Assembly (NCBI GenBank): GCA_964019335.1
Contig: OZ025716.1
Coordinates: 310,001-374,000, forward strand
Reading direction: 5' to 3'
DNA: 64,000 bases
Origin: Diplonema japonicum
Taxonomy: Eukaryota > Protista > Euglenozoa: Diplonemea
Below, one piece after another: positions 1-10,818 of this stretch. Position 1 is the first letter of the stretch, and each line of letters opens with the position of its first letter. Made by a program: the position numbers and the translations under genes. The notes under the pieces are model-generated. The model did no database searches. It was not told where the DNA came from and saw only the letters and a program-made list of their open reading frames with translations.

Positions 1-42
1 CCTAATTTAATTAATAAGAAATTATCTTTTTCCAAAGGTACT

Positions 43-73
<31 letters not shown>

Positions 74-229
74 GTTACAAATATTTATCTTTCAAAAAAT
101 GATTTTATAACTATATGCAACTTGTGCCGAGCAAAAAACTTTCGCAGCTTTTTAAAAACCTTTTGCTCGTGCGAACAACAAAGACATATAGTCATAAAGA
201 ACTATTTTTTCTTTCTTCTTTCCTTTTTT

Positions 230-267
230 ACCAACGATTCTAAAGCTACAGTTTCTGTACTTTATTG
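230..267 (+). other. Spliced-leader (SL) exon copy, diplonemid type, at the 5' end of LINE-A
   Basis: ACCAACGATTCTAAAGCTACAGTTTCTGTACTTTATTG (38 nt). It ends in the conserved euglenozoan SL 3' half CAGTTTCTGTACTTTATTG and closely resembles the 39-nt Diplonema SL as I recall it, lacking the first A. Preceded by a T tract. Confidence 0.9.
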
Positions 268-506
268 GTAGAGCGGTTTGAAAAGAAAAAAAAATAGATC
301 AAAGATCACGCAGCGAGTATTACGGAGCACAGAGTGGTGATAGTAAAGTATCAGTATCAGTTTCAATATCAGTATCAGCAAATCAGTGAAAAGTCGGAAT
401 ACGTGAAAAGTTTGTCAGAAGGAGCACGAGAGTTTATAGTGATCGGTAGACAAGAGAGCGAGTTTCTTATAAAGTCAGTTTTATTCCCCCCCCACAGACG
501 AAGACC

Positions 507-2099
507 ATGGACCCCCATCATCTGGTCCAGAGGGCACAGAGCCTGCTAGCGGGCGACCTCTCCGAGGAAAACAGGAGCCTGGTGCTGACCACACTAAGCT
601 GCATCTTACAGTTGGTCGAAAAGGCACAGGCCTCCCCTCAACAGCCCACCCCGCAGCAACAGCCAGCTCTGCAACAATACCAGCCCCCGCCGCAACCCCA
701 ACAGTCATTTGCTCAGCAACAACCTCCACAGACTTACCAACCGAAGGGTCAACCCCAGCAATTCCAGCAGCAGCTCCAAAACCAACAGGCAAAGGGGCAA
801 CCGCGCCAGCAGCAACAATCGAAGGGACAACCGGCCCAGCAGCAGCAGCAACAATCGAAGAGGACACCCCCGAGGAAGGAGACAAGAGGAAGCGCCAAGA
901 CATACCTCGGGGCGGCCACCAATTGGACGAGCAGACCTGCCCCTGTTAAACCCCCCTTGGCACTGGTACAGCAACACTGGGGAGCCCAGCAGATCCACAC
1001 CGTGGTTCCCGACCAGCTCACGGCTGGTATCTACTTCAACCCCTCGGACCCGGTCCAACTCTCCTCTCGTCTCAAGGCGCTCGGCCTTGATTTCAAAATC
1101 ATCTGCACCAAGCCATTCGTGGGTGGCACTGAGTCAGACTCCCCCACGACGAGAGGGATCATTCGGACCTGGGTCACTGGGATCGAGGTGCTCCCACAAG
1201 CAATGGACGCCCCTCCCAAGGAGGACAACAACAGGACAACGATACTCAAGGCGGTGATTGCGAAGGACCACTGCTCAGCAGCACAGTGGAAACGCACAGC
1301 GGACGGCAACGCCATTAAAAGGATGGCACTACTAGCGGCACGCGACAAGGAGAGACTCTTCAAGGTCTTACCGAATGCCGTCTTCAGGATAGACCGATCC
1401 ACAGAGAACAAGACAGCCACCGCCCTCGTACGTGTAGACCCTGAACTCGCGATGAGACTGTTAGCAGCTTCGGGAGACCAGGGCGTTTTCTGGACACACG
1501 CGTTCGCGAGAGACCGACTGGAAGTCATCCAGCTGAAGAAAGGGATCAGGGCGGCCGACGTCCCCACCGCGTCGCTGGGCACCTCCCTTACCGTGACGCC
1601 AATCGGATTAGCCCTCATGCTACCGAGAGGTGCGGACCGCAAGGAAGTCCTGGCCAGGGTCAACCCCATCCTACTTCCGGCGCAGAAGACAGGCGAAAAA
1701 TACATTCTGGAAGGGTGTCTGAACTGCGAACACGAGTGCGACTTGAGAGTCGACCTGGCCGGTTGTGGGTGGGTTATTAACCACATGGACAAGTTGGGTG
1801 CGTCGAAGTGGCTCATACGTGCAACCAACCCCCCTACGGCCAGGCTCATTGCGAGAGGGGAGAAGCGACACTCCCTCGTAATCAGGGATTGGACCCGAGA
1901 GGACACACCCGACAGAAGGGAGAGGACCTTCAAAGGGAAGCAACAGAGGGTGAAGCTGTCGGAGGCGGAATTCCCCAGTTCATGGGCGGCACAAGAAAAA
2001 GCACGTGTGGAGGCGGCCAACGCCGAGAGTTCGAGGAAAAGAGGGGAGTCGGAAACCCACTCGCAGGCGACACCAAGCCCCAAAAACCAGAAGATCTGA
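507..2099 (+). CDS. LINE-A ORF1 protein (Q/P-rich N-terminus)
   Basis: 530 aa upstream of the APE-RT ORF. Shares blocks with LINE-B ORF1: LLAASGDQGVF vs ILTRSGEDGVF, and GW...KWLIRATNPP vs GW...TWVVTATTEP. Confidence 0.85.
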   Translation: MDPHHLVQRAQSLLAGDLSEENRSLVLTTLSCILQLVEKAQASPQQPTPQQQPALQQYQPPPQPQQSFAQQQPPQTYQPKGQPQQFQQQLQNQQAKGQPRQQQQSKGQPAQQQQQQSKRTPPRKETRGSAKTYLGAATNWTSRPAPVKPPLALVQQHWGAQQIHTVVPDQLTAGIYFNPSDPVQLSSRLKALGLDFKIICTKPFVGGTESDSPTTRGIIRTWVTGIEVLPQAMDAPPKEDNNRTTILKAVIAKDHCSAAQWKRTADGNAIKRMALLAARDKERLFKVLPNAVFRIDRSTENKTATALVRVDPELAMRLLAASGDQGVFWTHAFARDRLEVIQLKKGIRAADVPTASLGTSLTVTPIGLALMLPRGADRKEVLARVNPILLPAQKTGEKYILEGCLNCEHECDLRVDLAGCGWVINHMDKLGASKWLIRATNPPTARLIARGEKRHSLVIRDWTREDTPDRRERTFKGKQQRVKLSEAEFPSSWAAQEKARVEAANAESSRKRGESETHSQATPSPKNQKI

Positions 2100-2273
2100 C
2101 AGGAGGCACTGAAGTTCTGCGGGGCAGTCATATCCCTCCCCATTACCATTATCATCATTCTTTCACTCATTGACCTCCTAACTTCTTCGGCCACGCCAAC
2201 CCCCTTCGCCCCTTTCGTTTGCGACTGGCTCGGCTCACCATCCAGGAACAACCTCCTGATCTACTCCTTAACA

Positions 2274-5200
2274 ATGATCCACCTTCCACGGGCACATTTC
2301 CTCATTTTGAAGAGGTCGAAACGATCTATCGCGCGCGAAGCGAGAAAACGACTCATGACCCACGGTGACATCCATCCGAATCCTGGACCCGAAGTAGAGA
2401 ACAAGAGGGAGCTCTCTCTTATTTCGGTGAACGTCACGAACCTCCCGAACCATCTGAATAGGATCAAACTACAATCATTTGACTTGATCTGCCTCCAGGA
2501 GACGGCTCTAACGCAAGCTGGTCAGTGGATGGTGAACGAAGAAACAAAACGTGACGCTTTCCTGAAAGAACACCGTCTCTTCTGGGGACCACCGCAACAG
2601 GGGAAGATATCCAAGGATGCTGAGTCCCCCTCGATCGCCCAAAGAGGAGGAGTGGGAATTATTGTGAACAAGCGGCTGACTGCGAGGAAGGAGACTTCTC
2701 TTTTCGAAGACCACGGCACCAACACACGCAGAGTTCACGTAAGAGTCGCAGTGGGGAAACGGGATTGGTTACACGTCATCACCCTCTACTGCCAGGTTAA
2801 CGACGGCAGTAATCACGCCAAAAGAAACAGGGAAGCACTGATTGACGACACACTACGGAAAACTACGCAACTGGGGGACGTTCCGGTCATCGTAACGGGA
2901 GATTTTAATACTACCATTCAGGACTCCCCGGTGCTTTCGCACGCCCTTGCACAGCATTGGACAGACGCCTCGGACAAGGTCTCACGCCTACGTGGTACAC
3001 AGACCCCTCCCTCCTTCGTCACGGCAACGGCGAAAACCAGGCCAGACTACATCCTGATGAACGCAACGGCGTCGATGGCTCTAAGAGACTGCCAGACCTT
3101 CGACATCGGCGTCCCCTCCCACCACGCACTCAAAATCTCGATTGATATCCCAAAATTCCACGAGCCCTCGCTCCAATACCATCTGCCCAGGATGATCATC
3201 CCTCTCCGGGACTCCCGAGACCGTACACCGCACAGTGATATTCTCCCGACTTTGAAGGCCCTGAAGGACACCGGAGATCTAGACGCCGCTTTCTTAGCGC
3301 TCTCTACAACTTGTGAAAAACACCTCTTGAGGGGGACTACACAATTGGGAAACTCGATTTTCTCAGGCAGAGGCGAAGTAAACTCACCCAGCTTGCGGAG
3401 GACCGCAGCCCCATCCACGGAGAACAGCTTTGGTGCCGTATCCAAGAAATACTTAACCCTCGAGAAAATCCGAAAAAGTGCATCCGCCATTTTACGGAGA
3501 GTTCAGATGTTGAAAGACCCTGCCCTGCCCTATGACCTACGTAAAGGGTGGGACAAGATGAAGGCGAGAGCCATCAATGTCTTAAAGGTTCACCCTGAGA
3601 CTTTTTCCGATGGCAACATCTCCAGGGAGGCGGACCTGGTGAAGAGGAAGGTGACAGCATTACAACGGGACATGGACATTGCCTCGAAGATCCAGCGCAG
3701 TATAAAAGCACGGAGGGAGCTAAATTCAGGCTTCTCGGTGAATCGGAGCGCAATCATGCAGTTCGTAGCAGATAGGCCCGAGAGAGAGCTGGTAGCAGCA
3801 AACACCAACGGAGCCATCTCGACCTCAGTTGAAGAGATCGACCTAGCTTTCAGGTCGGCGTGGCGCCACATCTTTCGCAAATACGAAGAACATCCCGAAC
3901 CGCGCTACGACTCTTTTGAAGAAGCGTTTGGGACGCAGATCTCCCACCACCCGATGGTGGCACTCTGGACGATCTACGGGTAGTCCTGAAAAAGAAGGAG
4001 AAGCAGGAGTGTGCAGGGATCGACGGTTGGAGGCTTTGTGAACTCGCACATTTACCAGACGCACTACTGGAGGGTTTTGTCTATCTGTACGAATGGATAG
4101 AGGAAGGGGGACGATGGCCCAAGGCAGTCCTCACGGCGCTTGTAACGATGATCCCGAAAGGGGAGTCCGAAGAACCGCTGGAACACCGCCCGATCACGGT
4201 ATCGAGTGCGTTCTACCGACTCTGGGCAGGCGCTAGACTACCCGCGATCCTCGAGTGGCAAGAGGCGTGGATCACCCCTCTCCAGTTCGGTTTCAGGCCG
4301 AAACACAGCACTGACGATCTCCTCGCCCGAGTCTGCACTAGTGTAGAGACGGCGAAAATATCAGGTAAGCACCTCTATGGCCTCTCGGTTGACTTCAAGA
4401 AATGCTTCGACTCGATCCCCCATGCGCTTACGTTCGATTTAGTGGAGCGTTTAGGCCTCAGCCAACTTATCCTGAGACCGATAAAATCCATCTACTCAGA
4501 CCTAATTCGTCGTTTGCGTTTCCCTATGGGGGTGGGCGCACCGTTCAGATCCACGAATGGAATTCTCCAGGGTTGTCCAATATCACCGGTCTTCATCAAC
4601 GCGATCCTCGCTATATTCACCAAGAAATGCACGGCGAACCCTAGAAACGCCCATCCTGTGTCGTATGCAGACGACCTAAACTTCACGTCAGCTACCTCGG
4701 AGGCCGCGGTGCAACGCTCCGTTAACCTGCTTGGCACCCTCTGCAAGCTCACAGGGATGACTATCCACCCGAAGAAAACTAAGTCGTTTGGAACGAAGCC
4801 CAAGTACTGCGGCAACGTACAGCTGCACGGGGAGACCTTCGACACGTCCTGCAAACTACAGATCCTAGGGGTACTAGTCTATTTCCAGCCTTGTAGAAGA
4901 GAGAACACGAGAGCCCGCAAGGCAATTGCAGAAATCGAGCGCCTCGCAGCAACGAGACTTTACCACAACCGCAAGGTACAGATCATCGCAGAGAACATCC
5001 TACCGTCCGCCTTCTACGGCGTCCTCTTCGACCCAATCCCAGACTCTTGGCTGGTGAAGATGAAGAAGCAAATCACGTCATGCATCTGGGGTGCACGCAA
5101 CCCGATGCGTTCCGCCAGTGCACTGCTAGGGATTGCCTACAAAGGACACACCCTAGACCCTTACTCTTCGGTGGTCTATAAAGCCGACCCTAGGTCGCCT

Positions 5201-6467
5201 GTGCACACGACAGTCGAACAAGTCCCTATTCGTGTCGGGCTGGGAAACTTACAAGTACGCAAAGGAGCGAGATGGAACGCCGTCACTTTCGAAAGGACCA
5301 TTTGGCAATGCAGAAATATGGCTGCGTGAAATCGGGACGAGATGGAAGGACTTCGTAAAGGAGTTGCCACGGGGCATGCCACACCTGAAACACGAGGTCA
5401 GGGCGCGGTTGAAAGAAAAACTGCGGGGCGAGCTCGCCGAAGAGCGGGACACTTTCAAAGGAATCGAAACAGGAGTGGACGAGAGGAAGACGAACGTCCT
5501 ACACAACGAGGTGGCGATCACCAACCCGCAGAAAGCGAGGAGAATCCTCTGTGCCGTTACTGGCGCCATCCTTCCACTGCACCCTAGAGCCTACGGCGAC
5601 ATGGATGGCACGCGAACGAAATGCCTTGGGTGTGACGCACCCTTCGACATTAGGGGCGGGACCAGCGACCTCCTGCAGCATACAATTTGGCACTGCCCGG
5701 CACACACCGGTTTTAGAACGGCCAACGCCGACCGCGAATGGCTGGTGCAAGAGCACATCAACTGGCCAATCTGCACCCGCGTACACGGCATCATTACCTC
5801 GGACTTGGACATCAGCCTATCGAGGGTCAAGGAGCTCCACCTGATGCTAGCAGAAGTGGCAGGCAAGCTCGAGAACTTGCACGCCGACAAGCAGGTCAGG
5901 TACTCCAAACAGCATTTCTGGAATAGACCATTCCGACCGGGGAACCTCTTAACCCCGAAACCTCTCCCTTGGTACCACGAGCATGGGCTGCAGAAGAAAT
6001 ACTTCCCAGGCCTAATCCCATTTGTCCTCAACTGGCTAAAGGCCCTAAAATGGGGCGAGGACGGCGGGCAAGTTTCTAAGGCGGAACTGGCGGTCGACCT
6101 CATTGCAACGGAAAGGCTCCACATGGGTGGTGAAGACATAGCATGCTGGGCGAGAAAGCTCGGCAGGATTCTCAGCGTCTTAGAAAGGATCCATCTAAAA
6201 GGGACGGGGAATCATCTGATTCCGGCAAAAACTATGAAGTCAGTACACTCACTACGCACCCTAGGGCTCCACAGCCATGCCGTCACTGGATACTCCACTC
6301 GTCCGATCTTCGCGTCCCCGAAGGTCACCCACTCGATCCTAGAGGAACAAATGCGAACGCATTGCATCCTCAACAACTCGCTAGTTGGTTTCACGCCCAA
6401 GCTGCTGATGAGATACTACGACGGGCCTAAGGCACTACCACGACAGAAGGGATCAAACACTAGATGA
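2274..6467 (+). pseudogene. LINE-A ORF2 (APE endonuclease, reverse transcriptase, CCHC), broken by two frameshifts (~3960 and ~5180-5230)
   Basis: APE motifs SVNV, CLQET, GDFN, RPDYI, SHH. RT motifs HRPITV, QFGFR, DFKKCFD, GILQGCP, YADD. C-terminal CxxC..H..C. The shifted frame at ~3964 reads LDDLRVVLKKKEKQECAGIDGWR, matching LINE-B EDLRAVLAKKSTRTAPGVDGWR. Confidence 0.9.
2364..2390 (+). other. 2A-like (StopGo) motif GDIHPNPGP
   Basis: Matches D(V/I)ExNPG|P except H replaces E; lies immediately upstream of the APE domain. Confidence 0.75.
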
Positions 6468-6539
6468 GTTGATTGTCGTTAGGCGATCCTGTCACATACT
6501 GCAGGTTCCCTTCAAAGACACCTTTTTTTTTTTTTTTTT

Positions 6540-7234
6540 CGGGCTGGACACTGCCGAGTTGCAGCTGATGATGGCGGAGATTACTGGTAGCTTACAACTC
6601 ACCTTCGCACGGAAAAAGACGATGGACTTCAGCGTTCACCTGTGGAACAGGCCTTTCGAGAAGGGGAGTTTGCTCAAGCCACGGTCACTACGACAATGGT
6701 TTGAGGCAACAGTACCTCCCACGGCTCATCCCGCACGTCATCCGATGGCTCTCTGCCCTTCACTGGGGCACGACAGGTGGACAGGTCTCCAGGCTTGAGC
6801 TGGCCATAGACTTCATTGCCACGGTGGGACTCTCGCCTTGTGAAGAGGGTGAGGACATCCAAGTGAGCGCGCGTGTAATAGGCCGGGTGATAACGGCACT
6901 AGAACGCATCCACACCAGTAAGGGCATAGCGCCCCTCATCCCAGCTGCGTCAGTAGTTTCTGTCCACTCCCTACGCACGTTGGGTTACTACAACAGCTCC
7001 GTAAGGGGCTACTCCTCTGACCGGTATTCGCCTCCCCGGTGACCCGCCACATCCTTGAGAGACAACTGTACAACTATTGTGTCCTTACCAACTCGGTTGA
7101 GGGTTTCATACCTAAAGTACCGAGGAGGGTGAACGAGGGGCCGAAGGCCACACCACAGCAGAAAGGTTCGATCAAGAGATAGATTGAGACTCTTCAGGCG
7201 TCCTGCCACATACCGCAGGTACCCTTAAATGTCT

Positions 7235-7273
<39 letters not shown>
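6540..7273 (+). mobile_element. 5'-truncated, degenerate LINE-A-related element abutting the LINE-A poly(T) tail
   Basis: Translation WLSALHWGTTGGQVSRLELAIDFIA...SVHSLRTLG parallels the LINE-A C-terminus. Similar 3'UTR hairpin (CCTGC..GCAGG) and a T36 tail (7238-7273). Confidence 0.88.
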
Positions 7274-7743
7274 CCAGATGTTAAGATGTGGTTAGGGGTA
7301 ACACCCGCACGCATTAAGGAGTAGTGGTAGCATTGTTGGGCTTATCCTTCTATTGTACAAACAACAAACATCTGACTCTTTTTTTTTTTGTGGTATTGTC
7401 TGCTTCTTTTTTTGTGGACAGCTGATGACTGCATCAGACAATGCTAAGTACTGACAAGAAGAACGGGAACACCCCCTTTTGAGAAGATATCCAAAAAAAG
7501 AAAAGAAAGAGTTCCAAAAACAGGAACTCCTTTATTCATCTCTTTGGTGCCCAGGGGTTTTTTAACTCTTCTTGAAACGTAAGGGACCCTCTCTTTCCCT
7601 TTTCCTTCTCGCCAAATAATCCTCTTTGGTCCGTCTTTACGTGTAATTACCTCTCATATGTGAGTATTTCTCCCCCTTCTTCTGCCCACCTATCTCTTAC
7701 ACAGGATTTTTCCACAAAACCAAAACAAAAAGTACTACAAAAG

Positions 7744-8142
7744 ATGCCTGCTTCGCCAAGCCCTGTGAAGAACAACAAGAGGAAGCGCGCTGCCTCTTCG
7801 TGGAGCGAGGCTACGGTGCAGAAGTCGGGTCCGAAGACGGCAGAGGAGCTCCTTGACGATGCTGGGGTGTCGTTCGACAAGGGGAGCCTCTACGTCCGCC
7901 TTGGAAAGACCAAGGAGAAGATCCCGGCAAAAAAGGAACTCGTGTCGGTGAAGGAGGGGGAGTCGGAGCCCGACATGACTGATTCGGCGAAGATCAGGAA
8001 GCTGTGCGGCTGGAAGGAAGACGACAAGGCCATCGCAGTCACCAGCAGAACTGTCCCCGATGGTAGGGATGTCTTCATCAGGGTCACCGCCGCCAGCAAG
8101 ACGTTCAGGCTTGGCACCCGTGTCCTCATCGAGGCAGAATAG
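7744..8142 (+). CDS. Small basic protein, array copy 1 (132 aa)
   Basis: ATG at 7744 shared with paralogues; SPSPVK plus KRKR tail, then a globular domain. Confidence 0.85.
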   Translation: MPASPSPVKNNKRKRAASSWSEATVQKSGPKTAEELLDDAGVSFDKGSLYVRLGKTKEKIPAKKELVSVKEGESEPDMTDSAKIRKLCGWKEDDKAIAVTSRTVPDGRDVFIRVTAASKTFRLGTRVLIEAE

Positions 8143-8480
8143 GCCGATAGAATAAGGAAGAAAAAAAAAAGGATGTAAATGACCTTGGAACAATAAGAAA
8201 AATAACCACACAAGTCTTAGCTCATTTCAAAGCGGTCGGCTGCCCCCCCCCCCCCCCCCGCACCCCTCCAATTTATTTTTTATTTCTCGTTTCCATAATA
8301 ACAATCGTTCTTTTTATTCTTCTTTCTTCTTTTAAGCTTATTCGCTTGCGAAGTGTCTTTTCTCTCCCTTTGTATCCCCCCCATCCCTTTTTTTTATTTC
8401 CAATAGCGGAATGATGCTTACCTTGTCTCTTTGAATCTTTCCCTTTTTATTTCTTTTTTTTTTTACTGTATTTCTTTTTT

Positions 8481-8588
8481 GCAAGAACGAGTCTTTGACT
8501 TGTCTAAACAAAAGGGGAACGTTGGCAACGTGTTTCGGGTTGACAAACTTCTCTAGGCACGTACACACTACGGCCAATTCCTCTTTTC
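8481..8588 (+). mobile_element. Hairpin SINE-like repeat family A copy
   Basis: GCAAGAACGAGTCTTTGACTTGTCTAAACAAAAGGGGAAC...TTCCTCTTTT; absent from the paralogous spacers at ~9420 and ~10310. Confidence 0.8.
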
Positions 8589-8679
8589 TCTTTAGCTTTA
8601 AGATTCGTGTGCTTCATCTCATGCTTTATCTCATGCACAGGATTCTTCCACAAAACCAAAACAAAAAGTACTACAAAAG

Positions 8680-9078
8680 ATGCCTGCTTCGCCAAGCCCT
8701 GTGAAGAACAACAAGAGGAAGCGCGCTGCCTCTTCGTGGAGCGAGGCTACGGTGCAGAAGTCGGGTCCGAAGACGGCAGGGGAGCTCCTTGACGATGCTG
8801 GGGTGTCGTTCGACAAGGGGAGCCTCTACGTCCGCCTTGGAAAGACCAAGGAGAAGATCCCGGCAAAAAAGGAACTCGTGTCGGTGAAGGAGGGGGAGTC
8901 GGAGCCCGACATGACTGATTCGGCGAAGATCAGGAAGCTGTGCGGCTGGAAGGAAGACGACAAGGCCATCGCAGTCACCAGCAGAACTGTCCCCGATGGT
9001 AGGGATGTCTTCATCAGGGTCACCGCCGCCAGCAAGACGTTCAGGCTTGGCACCCGTGTCCTCATCGAGGCAGAATAG
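8680..9078 (+). CDS. Small basic protein, array copy 2
   Basis: Near-identical to copy 1. Confidence 0.85.
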   Translation: MPASPSPVKNNKRKRAASSWSEATVQKSGPKTAGELLDDAGVSFDKGSLYVRLGKTKEKIPAKKELVSVKEGESEPDMTDSAKIRKLCGWKEDDKAIAVTSRTVPDGRDVFIRVTAASKTFRLGTRVLIEAE

Positions 9079-9531
9079 ACAAAAAAAAAGACCTTTGGAA
9101 TGAGAATTTAAAGAAAGAGAATAGGGTATGCCTTAGCTCAATTCAAAAGATGGAAAGATACCTCACCCCACTCTTTATTTTTTACTTTCTCGTTTCACAA
9201 TAGTGTTGCATTCGTTTTCTCTCCCTTTGTATCCCCCCCCCCCCCCCCTTCTTTTATAGTGAACAGAAGCACTTGTTATGGGATAGGTGTTATGTGTTAC
9301 AAATAAACTTGTTTAAGAAAAAGGTTTGTAGCCGTTGCACAGACAAAGAATAACTCGCTAATTCTTTTATATTTCCCATTGCAGGGGTGACTTTCCCTTC
9401 TCTCTTTTTTACTGTATTTCTTCTTTTTATTCTCTTTAGCCTTAAGATTTATGTGCTTCTCCCCTTCTTCTGCCCACTTACCTCCTGCACAGGATTCTTC
9501 CACAAAAACAAAACAAAAGAAACTATAAAAA

Positions 9532-9927
9532 ATGCCTTCGCCAAGCCCTGTGAAGAACAACAAGAGGAAGCGCGCTGCCTCTTCGTGGAGCGAGGCTACG
9601 GTGCAGAAGTCGGGTCCGAAGACGGCAGGGGAGCTCCTTGACGATGCTGGGGTGTCGTTCGACAAGGGGAGCCTCTACGTCCGCCTTGGAAAGACCAAGG
9701 AGAAGATCCCGGCAAAAAAGGAACTCGTGTCGGTGAAGGAGGGGGAGTCGGAGCCCGACATGACTGATTCGGCGAAGATCAGGAAGCTGTGCGGCTGGAA
9801 GGAAGACGACAAGGCCATCGCAGTCACCAGCAGAACTGTCCCCGATGGTAGGGATGTCTTCATCAGGGTCACCGCCGCCAGCAAGACGTTCAGGCTTGGC
9901 ACCCGTGTCCTCATCGAGGCAGAATAG
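9532..9927 (+). CDS. Small basic protein, array copy 3
   Basis: Near-identical to copy 1. Confidence 0.85.
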   Translation: MPSPSPVKNNKRKRAASSWSEATVQKSGPKTAGELLDDAGVSFDKGSLYVRLGKTKEKIPAKKELVSVKEGESEPDMTDSAKIRKLCGWKEDDKAIAVTSRTVPDGRDVFIRVTAASKTFRLGTRVLIEAE

Positions 9928-10419
9928 GCCGATAGAATAAGGAAGAAAAAAAAAAGGATGTAAATGACTTTGGAACAATTTATCTTAAGAAAAATAAGGA
10001 GGGCGGGACACACAAGTCTTAGCTCATTTCAAAATGGTCGGCTACCCCACACCCCTCCAATTTATTTTTTATTGGTGGGCCGTTGCTAACCACTTCGTCC
10101 TATCATAGTGAATTTTATTTCTCGTTTCCATAATAACAATCGTTCTTTTTATTCTTCTTTCTTCTTTTAAGCTTATTCGCTTGCGAAGTGTCTTTTCTCT
10201 CCCTTTGTATCCCCCCCATCCCTTTTTTTATTTCCAATAGCGGGATGATGCTTACCTTTCTTTTTTTGTTCTTTTGAGCCTTTCCTTTCTTTTTTTTTTC
10301 TGTATTTCTTTTTTCTCTTTAGCCTTGAGATATATGTGCTTCTCCCCGTCCTCTCCATGCTTTATCTCTTGCACAGGATTCTTCCACAAAACCAAAACAA
10401 AAAGAAAGTACTACAAAAG

Positions 10420-10818
10420 ATGCCTGCTTCGCCAAGCCCTGTGAAGAACAACAAGAGGAAGCGCGCTGCCTCTTCGTGGAGCGAGGCTACGGTGCAGAAG
10501 TCGGGTCCGAAGACGGCAGGGGAGCTCCTTGACGATGCTGGGGTGTCGTTCGACAAGGGGAGCCTCTACGTCCGCCTTGGAAAGACCAAGGAGAAGATCC
10601 CGGCAAAAAAGGAACTCGTGTCGGTGAAGGAGGGGGAGTCGGAGCCCGACATGACTGATTCGGCGAAGATCAGGAAGCTGTGCGGCTGGAAGGAAGACGA
10701 CAAGGCCATCGCAGTCACCAGCAGAACTGTCCCCGATGGTAGGGATGTCTTCATCAGGGTCACCGCCGCCAGCAAGACGTTCAGGCTTGGCACCCGTGTC
10801 CTCATCGAGGCAGAATAG
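10420..10818 (+). CDS. Small basic protein, array copy 4
   Basis: Near-identical to copy 2; ATG at 10420. Confidence 0.85.
   Translation: MPASPSPVKNNKRKRAASSWSEATVQKSGPKTAGELLDDAGVSFDKGSLYVRLGKTKEKIPAKKELVSVKEGESEPDMTDSAKIRKLCGWKEDDKAIAVTSRTVPDGRDVFIRVTAASKTFRLGTRVLIEAE

Larger units (their letters stand above)
230..6539 (+). mobile_element. LINE-A: full-length APE-type non-LTR retrotransposon with frameshifted ORF2
   Basis: SL, 5'UTR, ORF1, then APE-RT-CCHC ORF2, a short 3'UTR hairpin and a T17 tail (6523-6539). Confidence 0.9.

Noticed and set aside
230-7273. SLACS/CZAR/CRE-type SL-gene-specific element
   Set aside because: The element has an APE rather than an RLE endonuclease, and no duplicated SL segment or SL array is seen at its 3' flank
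7421-7455. TGATGA...CTGA resembling C/D snoRNA boxes or a hammerhead core
   Set aside because: Boxes are too close together and there is no GAAA/stem arrangement; it is just a short hairpin
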